Source of the DNA: Thermoplasmatota archaeon
GTDB lineage: Archaea > Thermoplasmatota > E2 > JACPAO01 > JAHFTW01
DNA: 64,000 nt
Assembly: GCA_041601615.1 (NCBI GenBank)
Contig: JBFIHX010000001.1
Span: forward strand, 320,001 to 384,000
Reading direction: 5' to 3'
The translations under genes were made by a program, and so were the position numbers. Positions 57,910-64,000 of the stretch are shown piece by piece (position 1 is the stretch's first letter; every line of letters begins with the position of its first letter). The notes beneath the pieces were generated by a model, which saw only the letters and a program-made list of their open reading frames with translations, had not been told where the DNA came from and made no database searches.

Positions 57910-57937
57910 CCAGATTTGCCCTAGCGCGCAGGATTGC

Positions 57938-59590
57938 CTAAAGATCCCCACCCGCAACGTATTCTCCCCACGCCTCGCGCATGACGCCACAAATCTCTCC
58001 GACCGTCGCATAGCTGCGAACCGCGTCGAGAATGAACGGCAACACGTTCTCGCTTCCGGCGGCGGCACCCCGCAGCGCCTCTAGTTTCTGGGCCACCACG
58101 TCCGCGTCTCGTTCCGCCTTCAGGGCTGCGAGTTTGGCCAGTTGGGCTTTCTCGGCGGAATCGTCGAGCTTCAGGACCTCGAAATGGTCCTCGTCTTCCA
58201 TGACGTAGTCGTTGACGCCCACGACGGTGCGCTCATTTCGCTCCACTTCGCGCTGGAAGCGGAAGGCGGCATCGTGGATTTGGTGCTGGACCCAGCCCTT
58301 TTCGATGGCGCGAAGCACTCCGCCCATGTCGTCGATTTTCTGGATGATCTCGAATGCTTCTGCCTCCAGTTCATCCGTGAGTTTCTCGACGGCAAAGCTG
58401 CCGGCGACGGGGTCGATGGTGTTGGTGACGCCGGACTCTTCGGCGATGATTTGCTGCGTGCGCAGGGCGATGCGGGCGGATTTTTCCGTGGGAAGGCCGA
58501 GCGCTTCGTCCATGGCATTGGTGTGCAGGCTCTGGGTGCCGCCAAGAACCGCCGCGAGTGCCTGGAGTGCGACGCGGACTACGTTGTTTTCCGGTTGCTG
58601 CGCCGTGAGCGTGGAGCCGGCCACTTGCGTGTGGAATCGAAGCATGGCGCTTTTTGGGTCCTTGGCGCCAAACCGCTCGGTCATGATGGTGTGCCACATG
58701 CGGCGGGCGGCGCGGAACTTGGCGATTTCCTCCAAGAAGTCGTTGTGTCCGTTGAAGAAGAAGGCAAGGCGGGGGCCGAAGGTATCCACGTCTTGGCCTG
58801 CGTCCACGGCGGCTTGCACGTAGGCGATGCCGTCGGCCAAGGTGAATGCGAGTTCCTGGGCTGCGGTGCTGCCGGCTTCGCGGATGTGGTAGCCGCTGAT
58901 GCTGATGGTGTTCCACTTCGGGACGTTCTCGGCACAGTACGCAAAGGTGTCCGTAATGAGACGCATGCTGGGTGCGGGCGGGAAAATGTAGGTGCCGCGA
59001 GCGACGTATTCCTTGAGAATGTCATTCTGGATCGTGCCCGAGACCTTCGCCATGTCGACGCCTTGCTTTTCGGCGACGGCGAGGTACATACAGAGAAGTA
59101 CTGCGGCGGGCGCGTTGATGGTCATGCTCGTGGTGACCTTGTCCAGCGGGATGCCGTCGAAGAGAATCTCCATGTCGCGCAGGCTGTCGATGGCAACGCC
59201 CACTTTGCCCACTTCGCCTTCGCTCATGGGGTCGTCCGAGTCCATGCCGATTTGCGTAGGCAAGTCGAAGGCGACACTGAGGCCGGTGCTGCCTTGCTCT
59301 AGGAGCATCTTGTAGCGCTGATTGGATTCCTCAGGCGTGCTGAAGCCGGCGTACTGGCGCATGGTCCAGAAGCGGCCTCGGTACATGGTGGGCTGGACGC
59401 CGCGGGTGTAGGGCGCCTCGCCGGGATAGCCAAGCTTTGCGTCCGGATCGAAGCCCGCAAGGTCGTCGCCTGCGTACAGCGCCTCCAATTCGCGGCCGCT
59501 GAAAGCCGAAAAGGATTCCTTGCGTTCGGGACGCTTGGCCGTGAACGGCTCGTACGTCTCGCGTTCCCAGTCCCGCTTGGACCGCACCAT
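57938..59590 (-). CDS. Methylmalonyl-CoA mutase large (substrate-binding) subunit
   Basis: [18 protein letters not shown] (Tyr, MCM-type), [39 protein letters not shown]. Confidence 0.95.
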   Translation of the reverse strand: MVRSKRDWERETYEPFTAKRPERKESFSAFSGRELEALYAGDDLAGFDPDAKLGYPGEAPYTRGVQPTMYRGRFWTMRQYAGFSTPEESNQRYKMLLEQGSTGLSVAFDLPTQIGMDSDDPMSEGEVGKVGVAIDSLRDMEILFDGIPLDKVTTSMTINAPAAVLLCMYLAVAEKQGVDMAKVSGTIQNDILKEYVARGTYIFPPAPSMRLITDTFAYCAENVPKWNTISISGYHIREAGSTAAQELAFTLADGIAYVQAAVDAGQDVDTFGPRLAFFFNGHNDFLEEIAKFRAARRMWHTIMTERFGAKDPKSAMLRFHTQVAGSTLTAQQPENNVVRVALQALAAVLGGTQSLHTNAMDEALGLPTEKSARIALRTQQIIAEESGVTNTIDPVAGSFAVEKLTDELEAEAFEIIQKIDDMGGVLRAIEKGWVQHQIHDAAFRFQREVERNERTVVGVNDYVMEDEDHFEVLKLDDSAEKAQLAKLAALKAERDADVVAQKLEALRGAAAGSENVLPFILDAVRSYATVGEICGVMREAWGEYVAGGDL

Positions 59591-59693
59591 GAGTCGTTCG
59601 GAGGCGGGCGCCGGTTACAAAGGCGGCGGCCTGCATCGGCGGCATTTTGATCAAAACCCCCCAAGTGCAAAGCGAGACGCAGAAACCGATAGA

Positions 59694-60182
59694 CTAGGTG
59701 ACTTGTTCCCGCTCTGCTTCCATCACGGCCTCTTTGGCCAATTCTAGGCATTTTTGTACAGAGTCGCGCCGGATGTCGTCGCGGTCGCCGTCAAAGTGGT
59801 ACTTGTGGACCGACAAGAGATCCACTGGGCCAAGCACCGCGATCCAGACGGTCCCGACCGGTTTTGCCTCGGTTCCCCCATCGGGCCCTGCGATGCCGCT
59901 GACGGCGATGGCCACGTCCACTGCGAACCGTGTGCGCAACCCGCGAGCCATCGCTTCCACGGTTGCGCCACTGACCGCGCCGTGGGTTGCCAATTGGGCC
60001 TTGGTGACCCCGAGGATGTCTCGTTTGACATCGTTGTGGTACGCAAGGATGCCGCCGCGAAAAACGGCGCTGGCACCCGGTACGGCGGTGATGGCAGCCC
60101 CCAGGAGGCCACCCGTGCAGGATTCAGCAACGGCCATGCTTAGGCCGCGCGAACGAAGAGAATCAAGGATTTCGTGCACCAT
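59694..60182 (-). CDS. CinA C-terminal / PncC NMN deamidase
   Basis: AESCTGG, PGAS, HGAVS, SGIAGPDGG..KPVGTV. Confidence 0.92.
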   Translation of the reverse strand: MVHEILDSLRSRGLSMAVAESCTGGLLGAAITAVPGASAVFRGGILAYHNDVKRDILGVTKAQLATHGAVSGATVEAMARGLRTRFAVDVAIAVSGIAGPDGGTEAKPVGTVWIAVLGPVDLLSVHKYHFDGDRDDIRRDSVQKCLELAKEAVMEAEREQVT

Positions 60183-60190
60183 GGCCCGTG

Positions 60191-60694
60191 TCAGGCGGGC
60201 ACCCCCGATTCCAGGCTACGAATCCTCTTGTCGGCGCCCATTTCGTCCAAGATGGACACGATGGCTGGGGGGACGGCGTCGCGCCAAGCACGGTCGCCCG
60301 CTGCAAGCCGCATGCGGACGGTGGCGCCTTTTTGGTCGTCGCGTGCAACGAGTCCGGTTCGGCGAATGGGAATGCCGGCGTCCTCGAAGAGGTCGAGGGT
60401 CCGTTCATCGTTGCCGAAGACACGATCCACAGGACCGACGGTTTTCATCACGTGGTCTGCCCAGTTGGGCGGGTCGTGAATATCAGGGACAGACAGCACC
60501 TCCACGGTGTCGCCGAAGACGGCGCGAACCATGCGCTCCCGTTCTTCGAACGTGAACGGGTTGCGCACGCTGACGGGGGCGTTGCTGCTTCCGATGCCGA
60601 CGACCACGTGGACACAGTCCTCGATGGCGGCTCGGATGACACTGGCATGTCCCTTGTGGAGGGGTTGGAAACGTCCGATGACGAGGCCACGCAC
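60191..60694 (-). CDS. nadM: Archaeal nicotinamide-nucleotide adenylyltransferase
   Basis: IGRFQPLHKGH, IGSS, NPFTFEER, GAT.VR. Confidence 0.9.
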   Translation of the reverse strand: MRGLVIGRFQPLHKGHASVIRAAIEDCVHVVVGIGSSNAPVSVRNPFTFEERERMVRAVFGDTVEVLSVPDIHDPPNWADHVMKTVGPVDRVFGNDERTLDLFEDAGIPIRRTGLVARDDQKGATVRMRLAAGDRAWRDAVPPAIVSILDEMGADKRIRSLESGVPA

Positions 60695-60757
60695 GCATTC
60701 AGATGCGCACCGCCTGCTTATGCCTCTTTCCCTGGGAATTGCCAGCCCGGAAACGGC

Positions 60758-62785
60758 CTAGAAGTCGTTCTTGGTTGGGACGTTTTCCATGGGTATGGCC
60801 GCAGTGGGCCCGCCTTCCAGGGACTCTTCGAGCACGCTGAGTTTCTCCAGGAGTTCCTGCTTGGCGGGGCTGTCCACGAGCGCGTGGCGCACCACGTCGT
60901 GGATGGTGTCGCAGGGGATGACCTTGATCTTGTCCGCGTAGTCGTCCTCGATGAGCACGTCGATCTCGTTGGCCTTGGGAATCAAGACGGTCTTGATGCC
61001 AATCTTGGCCGCTGCTTCGATCTTGGCCGTGACACCGCCGACGGGGAGCACGAGGCCGTGCACGCTGAGGCTACCGGTCATGGCGACGTCTTGGCGCACG
61101 CGGGTCTTGGTGAGGGCAGAAAGCACGGCGGTGGCCACGGTGACACTTGCGGAGTCGCCTTCAACGCCTTCGTGGGCCAAGACGAACTGAACGTGGATGT
61201 CGTGGTTGCTTACGTCCTCGCGCAGGAACCGCTTGACGATGGCGCTGATGTTCTGGACCGATTCCTTGGCGATCTCGCCGAGTTTTCCGGTGGCGATGAT
61301 CTTGCCCTCGCCGCGGGAGCTTGCGGGGGCAATCTGGGCGTCGATCTCCATGACGATGCCGCTGTGTTCGTTCATGCCGCCGCCGGCGGAGAAGACGGCG
61401 AGGCCGTTGACGACGCCGATGAGGGCGCCGGTGGTGCGGATGAGGTTGTATTGTTCCTTGTATTCGATCTGCCGGTCGTAGATCTGCTGTTCCAGAGAGC
61501 GGGCCACACTCTTGGCACGCAGGACGTGGTCTGCGGTGGCAAATTCGGCTTCTTCTTCCTTGGCAAGGTCCCCGGCGACGCGCACGAGGCCGCCGAGTTC
61601 ACGCAGGCGCAGGGTCAGGGTGCCTTTGCGGCCGGCGCGTCGTTGGGCCTCGTGGATGATTTCGGCGACTCCGGTGCGGTCGAAGTGGGGGATTTTGTCG
61701 GCTTCCTTGGCGACTTCTTGGGCGACGAACCGCACGAGTTTGTGGCGGTTTTCGTCCGTGTCTTCCATGTGGTCCTTGACGTAGACTTCGTAGCCGTAGC
61801 CTCGGATGCGGCTGCGCAGGGCAGGGTGCATGCCTTGCAAGGCGTCGAGGTTGCCGGCGGCGATTAGAATGAAGTCGCAGGGTACGGGCTCGGTCTTGAC
61901 CATGGCGCCGCTGCTGCGTTCGCTCTGGCCGGTGATCTGGAATTTCTTGTCCTGGATGGCCGTGAGCATGTGCTGTTGGCTTTGCAGGTGCAGCGTGTTG
62001 ATTTCGTCGATGTACAAGACGCCTCGGTGGGCCTTGTGGATGGCGCCGGCTTCGACGCGGTCGTGGGCGGGGGTTTCGAGGCCGCCGGCTTGGAACGGGT
62101 CGTGGCGCACGTCACCAAGCAAGGCACCGCTGTGGGCGGCGGTGGCGTCGATGAAGGGTGCGGTTTCGTCTTGGTCATGCCCGACGAGTAATTTGGGAAC
62201 GACTTGGTTGGGCCGGTTCATGCCCATGGAGCGGAAAATGAAGAAAACGAGGAGGATGCCAAGAAGGCCGAACAGGATGAAGCTGTATTCTTTGGTGGTG
62301 AATGCGATGAATACGGCGAGGCCGCCGAGGGTCATCATGAGGATCATCATCAGGAAGCCGCGTTGTTCCTGTTTCTTGCGCGCTTCGAATTTTTGAGCGT
62401 CGACGATTTCTTTGCCCTTGCCGGCGGGCACGACGCGGATGCGGGGAGTGTTTTGATCCTCCACGTTGGGGTAAGCGATGACATCTTCCAGTTCCTCTTT
62501 GGGCAGGAATTCAGTCATGGCGCGTGCGAGCATGGATTTGCCCGTGCCGGGGTCGCCGACCATCATGACGTGGCGTTTTTGGACGGCGGCTTTGCGAACG
62601 ACGGTGACGGCGTGGTCTTGGCCGATGACTTGGTCTAGGAGCCGCTTGGGGACCTCGATGTCGGCGGTGGTTTGGATGTCCACCATTTCCATCCATTCGT
62701 TGACAGGAGGCAGGGGTGCTGCGGCCTCCCTGGGCGCCTTGCCCTCGGTGCCGTTGCTCGGGGCCTCTGGTCCATCGTCCGACAT
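60758..62785 (-). CDS. lonB: Membrane-anchored archaeal Lon protease (LonB)
   Basis: [14 protein letters not shown], two TM helices inside the AAA domain, LYIDEI, EGDSAS (Ser) and GGVTAK (Lys). ATG 62785 with TTTTAT about 30 nt upstream. Confidence 0.95.
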   Translation of the reverse strand: MSDDGPEAPSNGTEGKAPREAAAPLPPVNEWMEMVDIQTTADIEVPKRLLDQVIGQDHAVTVVRKAAVQKRHVMMVGDPGTGKSMLARAMTEFLPKEELEDVIAYPNVEDQNTPRIRVVPAGKGKEIVDAQKFEARKKQEQRGFLMMILMMTLGGLAVFIAFTTKEYSFILFGLLGILLVFFIFRSMGMNRPNQVVPKLLVGHDQDETAPFIDATAAHSGALLGDVRHDPFQAGGLETPAHDRVEAGAIHKAHRGVLYIDEINTLHLQSQQHMLTAIQDKKFQITGQSERSSGAMVKTEPVPCDFILIAAGNLDALQGMHPALRSRIRGYGYEVYVKDHMEDTDENRHKLVRFVAQEVAKEADKIPHFDRTGVAEIIHEAQRRAGRKGTLTLRLRELGGLVRVAGDLAKEEEAEFATADHVLRAKSVARSLEQQIYDRQIEYKEQYNLIRTTGALIGVVNGLAVFSAGGGMNEHSGIVMEIDAQIAPASSRGEGKIIATGKLGEIAKESVQNISAIVKRFLREDVSNHDIHVQFVLAHEGVEGDSASVTVATAVLSALTKTRVRQDVAMTGSLSVHGLVLPVGGVTAKIEAAAKIGIKTVLIPKANEIDVLIEDDYADKIKVIPCDTIHDVVRHALVDSPAKQELLEKLSVLEESLEGGPTAAIPMENVPTKNDF

Positions 62786-62980
62786 GGGTGTCTGGTACCA
62801 CCGAAGTCTCCGATAAAAGCACGGGGTTAGGGGGCGGCGGGCTGCCTTCTGTGGGCGCGGGGCAAATTGGGCCTTGTACAGGAGGACGGAGGGGCAGGGG
62901 CCCAAACTGCACCGTTTTAGAGAATCGCCAAAGTGGCTAAATAGCTACCAAAGCGCAGCAAGTGTTTGGGTGTATCCCAA

Positions 62981-63466
62981 ATGAAGCAGAAGACCCTCCT
63001 CCAACTCGTTCCTCCCCCCAACGAACGGGACTACTTGGAGCACTTCCAGAGCCTCGCAAGCGTGAACCTGGAGATTCGACAGCGGGGACCCACGGCAGAA
63101 CGACTGCTTCGCAAGTCCATCCTTGAAATGGATCTCGGTAACTTTTCGGCAAGCTTGGATGCCGCACGAGACGCGGCCGAGTTGCATCACAAGGACCCGG
63201 AGGCGCGCTACCAAGAAGCAATGGCACTCGTGATGCTGGCCTTCACCAAGGCTGGCGTTCTTGCGGGTGCTGCGGGCATGGAGTCGCCGCTGGCGTCCAC
63301 GCAGACGCTGATGAAGCAGGCAACCCAGGCGTTCGCCGAGGTCGTCAAGTACAATCCTGAAGACGAGGAGGCAGCGGAGGACCTTGCGGCCCTGTCCCGC
63401 TTCCTCATGGAGCATCCAGCCGAGAAGGACCTGGATGCCGGCCTACAGTCCCTGTGGGCCAACTGA
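62981..63466 (+). CDS. Hypothetical helical (TPR-like) protein
   Basis: Ala/Leu/Glu-rich helices with TPR-like A..AF..V...NP.D.EA segment. Confidence 0.55.
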   Translation: MKQKTLLQLVPPPNERDYLEHFQSLASVNLEIRQRGPTAERLLRKSILEMDLGNFSASLDAARDAAELHHKDPEARYQEAMALVMLAFTKAGVLAGAAGMESPLASTQTLMKQATQAFAEVVKYNPEDEEAAEDLAALSRFLMEHPAEKDLDAGLQSLWAN

Positions 63467-63623
63467 GGAAATCCGATCAACATGGGTATCTCCTTTCTCC
63501 TCTTTTCTCCCTTGCAGTTTCGAAGATTGGATGCGAATGGCTGCCAGCATCAGTGAACCATCTTTTTGGCGAACCATACATGCATGGCGATTTGTTTTCT
63601 GATTATTGCGCGCGATGGTTGCG

Positions 63624-63998
63624 TCACGGGCGCTTCCGTCGATACACATCGATTTCACCGCGCAGGCTGGTGGCGGTTCCGATGGTTTGCCAATCTCGAA
63701 CCAGAAAGGACTGGGCTTGGGATTCGTCCACGCTCGTGTAGAGCGCCTCCGCCCCTCGGTTCCAGGCTTCCGTTTCGATGGCGGCGATGAGACGCTGCCG
63801 AATTTGCTGGGTGTGTGGCGCCTCGATTTCGGGCAGCATTCCAGTCAGCCACGGCCCCAAATCAGGGTGGCTGATGGAGGAATCTCGCAGGCATGCGGTT
63901 CCGCGCTGGGTGTCGTTGTCCAGTGCTAGGACACAGTACGGGGCTCCTTTTTTGGCATCGAGACGAGCTTCTAGGTCTCGCTTGGCGTCGCCTGGACC
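63624..63998 (-). CDS. GNAT-like protein, 3' part (frame open to window end)
   Basis: Frame reads ...CVLALDND...GTACLRDSSISHPDLGPWL...LIAAIETEAWNRGAEALY...W, resembling a GNAT fold with a degenerate acetyl-CoA motif. Confidence 0.5.
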   Translation of the reverse strand, partial: GPGDAKRDLEARLDAKKGAPYCVLALDNDTQRGTACLRDSSISHPDLGPWLTGMLPEIEAPHTQQIRQRLIAAIETEAWNRGAEALYTSVDESQAQSFLVRDWQTIGTATSLRGEIDVYRRKRP

Positions 63999-64000
63999 GT

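Noticed and set aside
63467-63623. Small ORFs in the lower-GC gap near the window end
   Set aside because: No recognisable motifs or host-like codon pattern. More likely a terminator or intergenic region between convergent genes.

Overview
GC-rich window from an archaeon, most likely an uncultured Thermoplasmatota. Markers are Hel308-Cgi121, membrane-anchored LonB, archaeal Elp3, NadM, a GGR-family reductase, tRNA-Arg with anticodon GCG, and DNA gyrase. The central ~26.5 kb (20353-46900), directly downstream of tRNA-Arg, is an apparently complete bacterial-style hybrid NRPS-PKS cluster. It encodes a ~5980-aa five-module NRPS (C-A-T, C-A-T, C-A-T-E, C-A-T, C-A*-T-TE), a stand-alone A-T didomain, a KS-AT-ACP PKS without reductive domains, an ABC exporter, an Sfp-type PPTase and a type II thioesterase. 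Docking-type termini suggest a non-collinear order (A-T -> PKS -> NRPS). The last A domain is degenerate, and three C domains carry an HHxxxDE motif. Other notable items: a tandem trio of small secreted Cys-rich paralogs, two paralogous surface proteins with a KKSPG-TM sorting tail, two paralogous His-motif membrane/lipoproteins, a CheB-CheR-PAS-histidine kinase module, two uncalled micro-ORFs and a palindromic operator upstream of an archaeal ATPase-wHTH gene. All calls come from motif recognition by eye; no database searches were run.
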